A stretch of 64,000 nucleotides of DNA from Thermoplasmata archaeon. GTDB taxonomy: Archaea; Thermoplasmatota; Thermoplasmata; Thermoplasmatales; GCA-001856825. The notes below the pieces were generated by a model. The model saw only the letters and a list, made by a program, of their open reading frames with translations. It was not told the origin of the DNA and ran no database searches. The DNA is taken from NCBI GenBank assembly GCA_021792255.1, contig JAJYUZ010000001.1, positions 192,001 through 256,000 of the forward strand, in the 5' to 3' direction. Of the stretch, positions 29,335-39,188 are shown in pieces. The translations under genes and the position numbers were made by a program. Position 1 is the first letter of the stretch. Every line of letters starts with the position of its first letter.

Positions 29335-31101
29335 GTGAGATTCCTAGAACTTGCGGAAACACTTGATAATATCGAAAGAACCACCAAAAGATTGGAAATG
29401 GTCGATTTGATTTCCGGGCTCCTTAGGGTGGCGGAGGATGACATCAAGGAGACCGTCTTTCTTCTTCAGGGCAAGGTTGCACCGGACTATGTGGGTCTCG
29501 AACTAGGGATCGCAGAAAAAATTGCGATAAGAGCTCTCTCTTCTCTGTCAGGACTCCGTGAAGAGGCGATTGAATTCGAGCTAATTGAGAAAGGCGATTT
29601 GGGAAAGATCGGAGAAGAACTACTCAAGAAAAAAAAGCAAGCATCATTATTCTCAGAGAGTCTGACCGTAAGAAAGGTATATGAGTCGCTGTTAAGGATT
29701 TCCAAAGCGGGGGGAGAGGGATCTCAGACTCGTAAGCTTCAGATACTCTTGGATTTGTTGCAGAACGCAGAACCTGTTGAAGTTAGATACCTTCTAAGGA
29801 TCGTTACTGGAAAGATGAGGATTGGCGTCGCAGACATGACGATAGTCGATGCGATAGCAGTAGCATTTGGTTCAAAGGAGAACAGCGACCTTGTGGAGCA
29901 CTCTTACAACATCATGCCTGACTTGCCAGAGCTCGCATACAGAGCAATGGCAGGAGGAATAGATTCTCTCTCTACCATAAGGATAACTCCGGGTATTCCC
30001 ATAAGGTCCATGCTTGCGGAGAGACTCCCCTCACTTAACGAAATCCTGACGAGAATGGAAGGGAGATTTGCAATCGAGTACAAGTATGATGGCCTCAGAA
30101 CCCAGGTTCATAAGATTGGTAGCAAGATAGAGCTATTCTCCAGGCGAATGGAAAACATTACTTCACAGTTCCCGGATATTGTAAAAGAGATCAGAGAAAA
30201 CGTGAAGGTGGAAAATGCGATACTCGACGGAGAAGCAGTACCCTTCAACCTGGAGACAAACGAGATGCTTCCGTTCCAGGAAATTTCGAGAAGAAGGGGC
30301 AGGAAGTACGATTTAAGCGAAACGATTGAAAGGATTCCGGTCGTACTCTTTCTGTTTGACGCTATGATGCTCAATGGAAAGAGTCTTATGGATATGCCAT
30401 ACGCTCAGAGAAGGGTGAAACTCACAAACACAATCAAGGAGAGCACCAAAATAAAGATCGCAAAGAGCAGAGTGGTGACCGACGTGGAATCGGCGGACAA
30501 ATTTTTTAACGAAGCACTCGAAGCAGGGTGTGAAGGAATAATGGCGAAGAGCATTGAGGAGAAGTCCATCTACAAACCCGGGGCTAGGGAGTTCCTCTGG
30601 ATTAAATACAAAAGAGAATACCAACTCGAGATGGAGGATACTGCTGATTTGGTCGTCGTTGGAGCTTTTGGTGGACAGGGGAAGAGGAGTGGAGGTTACG
30701 GCGCTTTGCTCATGGCGGTATATTCTAAAGAAGAGGACAAATTCAAGACCATTTGCAAACTCGGTTCCGGATTTACGGACGAGCAGCTAGAAAATTTGCC
30801 CCGAATGTTGAGAACTTTCGCAATCAAAAAGAAGGATCCAAGGGTGGAAAGCTCGATAGAGGCGGATTTCTGGTTTACTCCCTCTCTGGTGCTGGAAGTG
30901 AAGGGTGCAGAGATCACTCTCTCCCCCACCCATACGTGCTGTCAGGATGTAGTTAAAAAGGGGGCAGGTCTCGCGATAAGATTTCCCAGATTCGTTGGAA
31001 GGTGGAGGACTGACAAGAAGGTAGACGAGGCAACCGACGAACAGGAAATATTAGAAATGTATCACTCACAGAGGAAGAAAATTCTAGCCGACAATGCCTA
31101 A
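29335..31101 (+). CDS. lig: ATP-dependent DNA ligase
   Basis: Motifs EYKYDG, LDGE, FDAM, EGIMAK, WIKYK and RFPRF. Confidence 0.97.
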   Translation: MRFLELAETLDNIERTTKRLEMVDLISGLLRVAEDDIKETVFLLQGKVAPDYVGLELGIAEKIAIRALSSLSGLREEAIEFELIEKGDLGKIGEELLKKKKQASLFSESLTVRKVYESLLRISKAGGEGSQTRKLQILLDLLQNAEPVEVRYLLRIVTGKMRIGVADMTIVDAIAVAFGSKENSDLVEHSYNIMPDLPELAYRAMAGGIDSLSTIRITPGIPIRSMLAERLPSLNEILTRMEGRFAIEYKYDGLRTQVHKIGSKIELFSRRMENITSQFPDIVKEIRENVKVENAILDGEAVPFNLETNEMLPFQEISRRRGRKYDLSETIERIPVVLFLFDAMMLNGKSLMDMPYAQRRVKLTNTIKESTKIKIAKSRVVTDVESADKFFNEALEAGCEGIMAKSIEEKSIYKPGAREFLWIKYKREYQLEMEDTADLVVVGAFGGQGKRSGGYGALLMAVYSKEEDKFKTICKLGSGFTDEQLENLPRMLRTFAIKKKDPRVESSIEADFWFTPSLVLEVKGAEITLSPTHTCCQDVVKKGAGLAIRFPRFVGRWRTDKKVDEATDEQEILEMYHSQRKKILADNA

Positions 31102-31130
31102 ATTTTTATCTGACACCGACATCTGCTTCG

Positions 31131-32033
31131 ATGGCTTCGATAACGACGAGTGTGGGCAGTTTTTCGCTCGAAAATCCCGTTATCCTTGCCAGCGGTATCC
31201 TTGACGAAACTTCAGGTTCAATCCTACGCTCCTTGAGATCCGGAGCGGGGGCAGTTGTCACAAAATCGATTGGAATTTCCGAAAGGAAAGGCTACTCGAC
31301 TCCTGTGATATCGGAGGTAGGTACTGGGTTGCTCAATGCAGTTGGTCTTTCAAACCCGGGCATAGACAATTTCGTAGAAGAGTACAAGAGCTTTCCGGAA
31401 AAGAAGAAAACCATTGTATCAATTTTTGGTGGAAATGTTGAAGAATTCGTGACACTTGCGGGAAGGATTGAAGAGATAGGATTCGACAAGGTGGAACTCA
31501 ATCTCTCCTGTCCGCACGTAAAGGGAGTAGGTTCAGAAGTCGGACAAGACTTGGATATGGTGGAAGAAATTGTTTCCGAAATAAAGAACAGGACAAAACT
31601 CCAGGTGTGGGCAAAACTCACTCCAAACGTCACGGACTTGATCGCCCTCGCAAAGGCATCTGAGAAAGCCGATGCGTACACACTTATCAACACCCTGAGA
31701 GCTACTGGCGTAGAGATTTATTCTAGAAAATTTGTTCTTTCGAACACTATAGGAGGCTATTCCGGACCAGGCATAAAACCGGTTGCGCTAAGAGCGGTCT
31801 ACGATGTGTACAAGGAAACTGGTAAGAGTATAGTTGGAGTAGGTGGAATAACAACGTGGCAGGACGCGATAGAGTTCTTCCTGCTTGGGGCAAGAGCAAT
31901 CCAGATAGGCACTGCGCTGCTCTATGAGGATTATTCAGTTTATTCTAAGGTCAATCAGGGCATCAAGAAGTATCTAGACGATGAAGGATTTTCAAAGCTT
32001 GAAGACATAATAGGGGCGATGGTCGCGAGATGA
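31131..32033 (+). CDS. pyrD: Dihydroorotate dehydrogenase (family 1B) catalytic subunit
   Basis: Motifs NAVGLSNPG, ELNLSCP, KLTPN, GGYSG and GVGGI. Confidence 0.95.
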   Translation: MASITTSVGSFSLENPVILASGILDETSGSILRSLRSGAGAVVTKSIGISERKGYSTPVISEVGTGLLNAVGLSNPGIDNFVEEYKSFPEKKKTIVSIFGGNVEEFVTLAGRIEEIGFDKVELNLSCPHVKGVGSEVGQDLDMVEEIVSEIKNRTKLQVWAKLTPNVTDLIALAKASEKADAYTLINTLRATGVEIYSRKFVLSNTIGGYSGPGIKPVALRAVYDVYKETGKSIVGVGGITTWQDAIEFFLLGARAIQIGTALLYEDYSVYSKVNQGIKKYLDDEGFSKLEDIIGAMVAR

Positions 32034-32779
32034 ATCACGCTCGGGTAATCGATATCGTCAAAGAGAACAAGGACGTGTTCACTCTCAGTTTCGATTTCAG
32101 CATCGTCGCAAAGCCTGGTCAGTTTCTTATGGTCTGGGTGCCTGGTGGAAAAGAGATTCCGATGTCTCTTTCTCATATCACGAGCCCACCTTCAATCACT
32201 TTCAGGGTCTTTGGAGAAACGACAAAATTCTTATCAGGTCTGAGGAAGGGGGATAGGATGTACTTTAGGGGACCGTACGGGAACTCTTACCCAGAACCTT
32301 CTGGCAGAATAGCGTACATAGCAGGTGGCACCGGTCTCGCCTCTGTCTACTCTATGCTGTCAAAGTACATTGGAGATGTGTTTGTCGGAGCAAGAACAAA
32401 GGACGACCTGTTCCTCCTGAAGAAAGGGTTCAAAATTGCAACCGATGACGGTTCTGCCGGATTTAAAGGAACGGTTATCGATCTCTTCGTTCCGCACGTT
32501 GACGATTATGACTACGTCTTCGTGTGCGGGCCAGAACCAATGGCAAAGTCCTTGTTGGATAAAATCGACAGGAAAACCAAAACCAAGATATACTTCTCCC
32601 TGGAAAGGTTAATGAAGTGCGGAGTAGGGATCTGTGACAGCTGCAGTGTCAATGGTATCAGGATCTGCAAAGATGGCACAATCTTCAGCATAGAAGAAGT
32701 GTTGAAGATGAACGAGTTCGGTGTGTTTAAGAGAAGTGAATCAGGGAAAATAGAATTCTTCGCAAAAAACAAACGGTGA
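32030..32779 (+). CDS. pyrK: Dihydroorotate dehydrogenase electron-transfer subunit
   Basis: Motifs PGQF, GGTG, CGPEPM and the [2Fe-2S] motif MKCGVGICDSC...C. Confidence 0.93.
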   Translation: MNHARVIDIVKENKDVFTLSFDFSIVAKPGQFLMVWVPGGKEIPMSLSHITSPPSITFRVFGETTKFLSGLRKGDRMYFRGPYGNSYPEPSGRIAYIAGGTGLASVYSMLSKYIGDVFVGARTKDDLFLLKKGFKIATDDGSAGFKGTVIDLFVPHVDDYDYVFVCGPEPMAKSLLDKIDRKTKTKIYFSLERLMKCGVGICDSCSVNGIRICKDGTIFSIEEVLKMNEFGVFKRSESGKIEFFAKNKR

Positions 32780-32785
32780 TTCTGG

Positions 32786-33442
32786 ATGTTCCAATCGGAT
32801 TATCCGTACATTCCGTTGGTCCTACTCGTTGCACTCTTCTACGCAGCTTATGAAGATATAGCGAAGAGAAGGATAGCGACGATTTCGTTTCTTGCAATCG
32901 ATATTGTTCTCTTTTTTTATTACGTTATTACAGCCTTCTGGGTCTCTTTTTTTCTGATTCCTATAATTGCCGAATTTTTCTTCAAGAGATTTTCTCTTCT
33001 TTTTTACATCATCATGATTGTTCCGCTCGTCTTCGATACTTCCGTGATCTCTATATCTCTCTCGTACTCAATACTACTAATCAGGTTGTTTGGGCTGTTT
33101 ATTCACAACTTTGGAAAAGGCGATGTAAAGGTCCTCCAAACTGTGGCACTTACAGTCCCTTTCTATCCGCATCTTTTGTTGCTTGACTCGTTATTTCCCC
33201 CGGTCCTGAGCGTGATTATGGTCGCAAGCATCTTGGGCACGATCTCTTCGGCTATCGTGTCCTCGCGAAAAGTTCAAAGCGGTTCAATTAGGAATTTTTC
33301 GCCTTCACCGCCCTCATTGGTTGAAGAAAACAACAAGTTCTGGATAGACGGATCAAAGTTGACTTACAAGATCCCGTTCGTCACTTTTATCGCCGCTGGA
33401 TACACTCTCTTATTTATCCTTTCATTACTCCGATTGGTCTAA
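32786..33442 (+). CDS. A24 family prepilin/prearchaellin peptidase-like membrane protein
   Basis: TM1 YEDIAKRRI (first Asp), GKGD (the GxGD motif) and C-terminal IPFV...GY. Confidence 0.75.
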   Translation: MFQSDYPYIPLVLLVALFYAAYEDIAKRRIATISFLAIDIVLFFYYVITAFWVSFFLIPIIAEFFFKRFSLLFYIIMIVPLVFDTSVISISLSYSILLIRLFGLFIHNFGKGDVKVLQTVALTVPFYPHLLLLDSLFPPVLSVIMVASILGTISSAIVSSRKVQSGSIRNFSPSPPSLVEENNKFWIDGSKLTYKIPFVTFIAAGYTLLFILSLLRLV

Positions 33443-34859
33443 GTCTAGCAACGAGTTTTGATAATCCAGCGCACTCCACCGACTTTACGACCTGATCGAC
33501 GTCCTTGTAGGCCTTAGGCGCTTCTTCCTGCAAGACGTACTTTGTTGCTGCCTTCACGTAAATTCCCTGACCTTCCAAATCGCTCTTGACAGCCTGAGTT
33601 GAGTATTGCTTCACTGCTCTGCTGCGACTCATTACCCTTCCAGATCCATGGCAAGTAGATCCAAAGGTTTCATCCAATGCTTTCTGCGTTCCGACCAGTA
33701 CATACGATGCAGTTCCCATAGTACCTGGAATTATGACTGGATGTCCATAGTCTCTGTACAGATTTGATATCTCCGTCCTTCCGGCGGGAAAAGCTCTGGT
33801 TGCTCCCTTCCTGTGGACGACTACCTTTCTTCTTGTTCCCTCGATCGTGTGTTCTTCTACTTTTGCAATGTTGTGGCAGACGTCATACACTATGTCCATT
33901 TCTAGGCTCTCTGGATCCTGGTTCAACACCGAACCGAAACTTTCTCTAATCCGGTGGGTGACGATCTGTCTATTGGAGAACCCGAAATTCGCAGCTCCCC
34001 CCATGGCGGCGAAGTAATCTTGGCCCTCATCCGATTTGAAAGGAACCGAGGCGAGCTGTTTATCGGGGACAGAAATGTTGTATTTCTTCATGGCATCTTG
34101 CATGACTTCCAGATAATCCGTGGCAACCTGGTGGCCAAATCCCCTCGATCCCGTGTGAACCATTATAGTAATTTGTCCCTCAAAGTTCAGCCCGAATTTC
34201 CTGGCAAGGGCTACATCGTATATCTTGTCCACCAGCTGAACCTCCAGGAAGTGGTTGCCGGCACCAAGGGTACCGAGCTGGTTGAATCCTCGTGATCTCG
34301 CCTTCTGAGATATTTTACTTCTGTCAGAAAATTTCAGTACTCCCGCCTCTTCGATTCTCTCAAGGTCACGCTGCCAACCATAGCCTTCGCTTATGGCGAA
34401 CTTTACTCCTTCCGTTATGAAATTCTCCATTCTCCCGACGTTCAAATTAAGCTTGCTTTCTCTACCGACTCCAGAAGGGACCTTTTCGAACATTTCGTTG
34501 ACCAGTTCCTTTATCCGGGGTCGAACATCCCTTTCGCTAAGATTCGTCTTAATCAGTCTGACCCCACAGTTTACATCGAAGCCCACTCCTCCGGGACTTA
34601 TTACTCCCTCCTCCAAATCAAATGCCGCGACTCCGCCAATGGGAAAGCCGTATCCCAGATGAATGTCGGGCATGGCAAGAGATGCCTCAAGTATGCCAGG
34701 CAATCTTGCAACGTTGGTCACTTGATTGAGAGCCTCGTCCATCTGAATACCCTTAATCAGTTCGTCGTTCGCATAAATAATTCCTGGTACCCTTGTAGGT
34801 TCGTTCTGTTTCGGAGATATTTGGAACTTGCAGTCTCCGATTTTTTCAAGATCAAACAT
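33414..34859 (-). CDS. rtcB: RNA-splicing ligase RtcB (probable start ATG 34859)
   Basis: Motifs MPDIHLGYGFPIG, DVNCG, GNHFLE, HTGSRG, HNIAK, HGSGR and C-terminal KG. Confidence 0.97.
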   Translation of the reverse strand: MFDLEKIGDCKFQISPKQNEPTRVPGIIYANDELIKGIQMDEALNQVTNVARLPGILEASLAMPDIHLGYGFPIGGVAAFDLEEGVISPGGVGFDVNCGVRLIKTNLSERDVRPRIKELVNEMFEKVPSGVGRESKLNLNVGRMENFITEGVKFAISEGYGWQRDLERIEEAGVLKFSDRSKISQKARSRGFNQLGTLGAGNHFLEVQLVDKIYDVALARKFGLNFEGQITIMVHTGSRGFGHQVATDYLEVMQDAMKKYNISVPDKQLASVPFKSDEGQDYFAAMGGAANFGFSNRQIVTHRIRESFGSVLNQDPESLEMDIVYDVCHNIAKVEEHTIEGTRRKVVVHRKGATRAFPAGRTEISNLYRDYGHPVIIPGTMGTASYVLVGTQKALDETFGSTCHGSGRVMSRSRAVKQYSTQAVKSDLEGQGIYVKAATKYVLQEEAPKAYKDVDQVVKSVECAGLSKLVARLRPIGVMKG

Positions 34860-35090
34860 TACCAATCTGAATCGTACGTCTTAGTATAACTGTTGCGTCA
34901 CACTTGAATGCCTATGATAATTATTCTGGAGGGCCCGGTCATTCCTAATCAGATAAGCCCTAGAGTTCTGTTAATTCCCCTTTGAAAACCCTATTTTAAT
35001 TTCAGGTTTCATTGACAGCACGATTTAAAAGCTAAAATTGGCCTTCTTAAGCGTCTTAAAATTAAATAATCAGTTAATGTTGCCCATAGG

Positions 35091-36281
35091 ATGCAAAACC
35101 GAGTTATAGTTGCAGTTTTGGTAATCGTTCTGGTTGTCGGATTGAGCGCTGGCATCACGACAGGATATTATCTAGGTCATGCGTCTAGCAGTAAAACTGA
35201 GACGCTCGCAGTCTTTGCCGCAGGTTCTACAACCTCCGTACTAGGCAACAGTTTTTATCCTCAATTTACGAACCTGACAGGTATAAAGGTGGATCCTACT
35301 TTTGCTGGCTCAGTCTCTGGAGCGAGCGAAATTGACTCGGGAATCCCATTCGATGTGTTCATTTCGGCCGCTGCAGGAGTTATACCACAGTATATGTTCC
35401 CGAACAAAACAGCTAATTGGATGGTCATTTTCGCCTCAAATGAAATGGCAATAACTTGGCTGAACAGCAGTTTCAGCATCACTAATCCTTACTGGTTTGA
35501 AAACCTGACTGCTGCGGGAATCAAGGTGGGGGTTTCGAACGCCAGTCTAGATCCGAGCGGCTTCCAGGCAATTGAAATGGTAAAGTTGGCTGGAATCCTG
35601 TATACGAATTGGACAAATCCTTACGTCAAGTATGCTTTCAATAACGATACAAAACTCTTCAATACTTACAATGAGGCCTGGAATTCCTGGTTCGGTCCAA
35701 ATGGAAACTTGGTCAGAGACGGGCTTGGAACCGGATATCCGCTGAATTACTCAATGGCACTCTACTATCAATTGTTCAACTATTCGTACAGGCATGGAAA
35801 TCTCATACCAACGACTGAGGAATTTGGGCTCAAGGATTATCTCAAGTCGGGATCCGTGGACTATGCACTCACCTACAAGTCTCAGGCATTAAATCAGAAG
35901 TTGGAATATTATCAAAAAGGGAACGGAATTAATGGTCTGTCGTCCTGGATTAATCTAGGAAACATCAGCAAGTCGGAGGTGACCTTCTATAGTGAGGTAA
36001 CGACCGCTGGTCCAGCTTACAGCAACATAGGAGACTTTCCTGGTGGTCCTATACTTTATTCCGCGACTATTCCCACTTCATCAAAGAACGCTCAGGTTGC
36101 CCAGCAACTAATTTACTACCTCATCACCAGCCTTGGAAGTTCTATGCTGAGGTCGTCGGATTTTAATCCTATCAGCGATCCCTTTATCTATTCACCAAGC
36201 TCATTGGCCCCGTCCTTCCTCAACGGAATCACTCAGCAGGTGCCGAACTATCTCCCAACTTCCTCCTACGAAGAAGTATGA
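35091..36281 (+). CDS. wtpA: Tungstate/molybdate ABC transporter substrate-binding protein (WtpA/ModA-like)
   Basis: Motifs FAAGS, GS, DVFISA, DPSG and YALTYKS; N-terminal TM anchor; heads the Moco cluster. Confidence 0.8.
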   Translation: MQNRVIVAVLVIVLVVGLSAGITTGYYLGHASSSKTETLAVFAAGSTTSVLGNSFYPQFTNLTGIKVDPTFAGSVSGASEIDSGIPFDVFISAAAGVIPQYMFPNKTANWMVIFASNEMAITWLNSSFSITNPYWFENLTAAGIKVGVSNASLDPSGFQAIEMVKLAGILYTNWTNPYVKYAFNNDTKLFNTYNEAWNSWFGPNGNLVRDGLGTGYPLNYSMALYYQLFNYSYRHGNLIPTTEEFGLKDYLKSGSVDYALTYKSQALNQKLEYYQKGNGINGLSSWINLGNISKSEVTFYSEVTTAGPAYSNIGDFPGGPILYSATIPTSSKNAQVAQQLIYYLITSLGSSMLRSSDFNPISDPFIYSPSSLAPSFLNGITQQVPNYLPTSSYEEV

Positions 36282-37069
36282 GGAAGTGGAATTCACTCTA
36301 TTTTTTATTTCTCCCTTTTTTTGCCGTTTACCTACTGTTTATAATTACGCCCATTTTCAGGACGCTTACCTTCGAAAGTTTAAGCTATATCTTGCGAGAT
36401 AGTTCGTCTGGAATATTACCGAGTTTGGGGTATACGTACCTCCTTGCGCTCTTGGTGGCACTGCTTTCGATCGGATTCTCGATCCCTTACGTCTATTTTG
36501 TCTCTAGGAACAGACACATAGTTCTAAAGTCCCTCGATAGTCTAGTCGAGTTACCTATTATGATTCCACACACTGTGGTGGGATTGATGATGCTAATTAC
36601 CTTCGAACCCACCATGCCGATTGGAAGGCTGATATCCAGAATCTACCCGGGGTACCAATTCCTGGATACCTTTCTCGCAGTGATTCTGACGCTGTTCTTT
36701 TTGTCCTCAGCGTACAGCATCAGGACTGTTCAGATATCATATTCGAGAGATGTTATGAAGTATGAGAATGTTGGGAGAACTCTAGGAATGACTCCTTTTG
36801 CAAGCTATTTCATCATCGGCCTGCCAATGATGGGAAAAGCACTATTAAGGGGTCTAATCCTTTCCTGGGCAAGATCCGTCTCAGAGGTAGGAAGCCTCTT
36901 GATAGTCGCCTTTTCGATCATTCCAAGTGGGATCCATCTTGCTGGAGTTTTTATCTACTATCAGTTCCTGGCAGGCAATCTGTCTTATGCAATAGCATCA
37001 TCTGCCATTCTGATAATCACCGGTCTAATAGCACTCCTTCTGGTTAAACTACTGGAGCGTGAAAGATGA
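36278..37069 (+). CDS. wtpB: Tungstate/molybdate ABC transporter permease
   Basis: Motifs ELPIMIPHTVVG, an EAA-like loop (ENVGRTLG) and WARSVSEVG. Confidence 0.85.
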   Translation: MRKWNSLYFLFLPFFAVYLLFIITPIFRTLTFESLSYILRDSSSGILPSLGYTYLLALLVALLSIGFSIPYVYFVSRNRHIVLKSLDSLVELPIMIPHTVVGLMMLITFEPTMPIGRLISRIYPGYQFLDTFLAVILTLFFLSSAYSIRTVQISYSRDVMKYENVGRTLGMTPFASYFIIGLPMMGKALLRGLILSWARSVSEVGSLLIVAFSIIPSGIHLAGVFIYYQFLAGNLSYAIASSAILIITGLIALLLVKLLERER

Positions 37070-37959
37070 TTCACATAGAGAATTATGTGGTAGAAAGAGG
37101 AGGATTTCGAATGGAGATTCCGGACCTTACCTTTGAGGGGAGGAAGAATTTCATCATTGGGAAGAATGGGTCTGGAAAAACCACTCTGCTCCAGTCCCTT
37201 GCAGGACTGGTGGATAGCTCTGGAGTATTCGAAGTTGGTGGTGAGAATCGTGGGGAATACCCTCCGGAGCAGAGGGGAATTGGTTACATTCCTCAAGACC
37301 TCCTTCTTTTTGGGAAAATGACCGTGAGGGCTAACCTGATGTCTCCAGTAAGGTATGGTAAGGGTGACGTGTCGATCTATTCTGAGCTCGTGGACAGAAT
37401 GGGACTAGTCAGTCTTCTTTCGAAGAAGGCAAACGAGATTTCGATGGGAGAGACACAGAAAGTGGCCATAGCTCGTGCCATAATATCCAAACCTTCCGTT
37501 CTTCTCATGGATGAACCATTCTCATTCCAGGATGAAATAGCTAGACTTGGCATGATCAGTTTGATTGACGAGCTCTCAGAGAAATATGGTTTTGACTACA
37601 TCTATGCAACACACAACTCAAGAGACCTTGAATTGGGCTTCTCGAATCTCGTTTCAATTGATCGAGGCAGGGTAATCGAGGCTGTGGATTCATTGTCAAA
37701 GGTAGAGCACTTCAGGACGATGTCGCTTCTGGATTACAAGAACCTTGCAATCGTCGATGGAAAGTACTATTTTCTGAACGAGGACTCTCTAAAATTTAGC
37801 GATCAGACAGGAGATGAGTACGAGATTGTTGGGAACGAGCCAGAAAAATATGTGCGACTCAAGATCGGTGGCAATTATTTCTTTGTTTCCATATCAAAGG
37901 AAACAAGTGGAAAGTACGTGAAATTGGATTTGAACAATGCTACGGAAATTGACTACTAG
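37066..37959 (+). CDS. wtpC: Tungstate/molybdate ABC transporter ATP-binding subunit
   Basis: Walker A GKNGSGKT, PPEQRGIGYIPQ, Walker B LLMDEP and H-loop ATH. Confidence 0.85.
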   Translation: MIHIENYVVERGGFRMEIPDLTFEGRKNFIIGKNGSGKTTLLQSLAGLVDSSGVFEVGGENRGEYPPEQRGIGYIPQDLLLFGKMTVRANLMSPVRYGKGDVSIYSELVDRMGLVSLLSKKANEISMGETQKVAIARAIISKPSVLLMDEPFSFQDEIARLGMISLIDELSEKYGFDYIYATHNSRDLELGFSNLVSIDRGRVIEAVDSLSKVEHFRTMSLLDYKNLAIVDGKYYFLNEDSLKFSDQTGDEYEIVGNEPEKYVRLKIGGNYFFVSISKETSGKYVKLDLNNATEIDY

Positions 37960-37992
37960 TAAACGTTTTAGAGATTGTCTCTATCATACTTC

Positions 37993-39186
37993 ATGGAGTT
38001 GAAATCGTTCATCAGTCTGGATGAAGCGATTAAGAAGAGTCTGAAATATAAACCTAAAGCTGGCTCGAAGAATGTAACCGCTATGGATGCTGTAGGTCAA
38101 TATTCTCTGGAGGAAGTCGTTTCCCCAACTTACTATCCTCAATTTGACAGAAGTGCAGTAGATGGTTACGCCGTGGATTCAAAAGAAACCATTTCTTCTA
38201 ATAAAACAAACCCCGCTAAATTTGAGCTGATAGGAAACCTTTATCCATCCTCGAGGGAAAAATTGAGAATTGGTAAAGGAAAGGCGGTAAAAGTCATGAC
38301 GGGTTCTAGAATCCCAATTGGTGCCGATTCGGTTGTAATGCTTGAGGACTCTTTCGAAGATGGAACCAATCTGAGTGTCTTTGTGCCTGTAAGAAAGTTT
38401 CAAAATATAAGCAGAAAAGGAGAGGATTTGAAGAAGGGTTTTCCTATACTAAAAAAAGGAAAGAGAGTGGACCCTCCACACGTTTCAGCTCTCGTAGAAT
38501 GCGGTATAGAAAAGGTCAAGGTTCTTTCCCTTTCAATTGGAATCGTTTCCACTGGGGATGAACTTGTCTCCGGAAGCATACGTAATTCAACCCTTCCACT
38601 TGTCCAATCCTTTTTTCAGCGCAAGGGATTCAGGGTCGTCGGTCACGGTGCAGTCGAGGACAACGAACTGTCTATCGAGCGTGTTCTGGGCACGATGAAG
38701 GAGGACATCATAATCGTAACCGGTGGGACTGGTCCCGGTGAAAAGGACCTGCTTCCAGCTATAATAGAGAGGAATGGTAGCTTCGTCTTCAGGGGCCTTA
38801 GAATTAGGCCAGGAAGAACGACTTCTTTTGGAATCTTTAGAGGAAAGATAGCATTCTTGATCTCGGGTCTTCCCGTCGCAGCACTGATCGCCTCTGAGAA
38901 TGTCATCCTCAGACTTATCCATGAGTGGTATGGGTTAATTGTGGAAGAAAAGGAGCAAAGAAATGGCATCATGGGAAGGAGCGTCGTCAACACTCTCGGT
39001 TTTAGGAGTTTTGTACGCGTGAAGGTCAAAAATGAACGAGGGGTTACGAAGGTCTACCCTTCTAGGGTGACAGGGTCCGGAGTGATATACTCTGTGATAG
39101 ACGCCGATGGAATGTTGGTAATAGACGAGAATTCGGAAGGAATTGAAGAGGGGGAAAGTGTGACCTTCGAGGTCCTCAGGTGGTGA
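37993..39186 (+). CDS. moeA: Molybdopterin molybdenumtransferase MoeA (probable start ATG 37993)
   Basis: Motifs FDRSAVDGYA, TG..IP.GAD, STGDEL, TGG and LSGLP-like. Confidence 0.92.
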   Translation: MELKSFISLDEAIKKSLKYKPKAGSKNVTAMDAVGQYSLEEVVSPTYYPQFDRSAVDGYAVDSKETISSNKTNPAKFELIGNLYPSSREKLRIGKGKAVKVMTGSRIPIGADSVVMLEDSFEDGTNLSVFVPVRKFQNISRKGEDLKKGFPILKKGKRVDPPHVSALVECGIEKVKVLSLSIGIVSTGDELVSGSIRNSTLPLVQSFFQRKGFRVVGHGAVEDNELSIERVLGTMKEDIIIVTGGTGPGEKDLLPAIIERNGSFVFRGLRIRPGRTTSFGIFRGKIAFLISGLPVAALIASENVILRLIHEWYGLIVEEKEQRNGIMGRSVVNTLGFRSFVRVKVKNERGVTKVYPSRVTGSGVIYSVIDADGMLVIDENSEGIEEGESVTFEVLRW

Positions 39187-39188
39187 AA

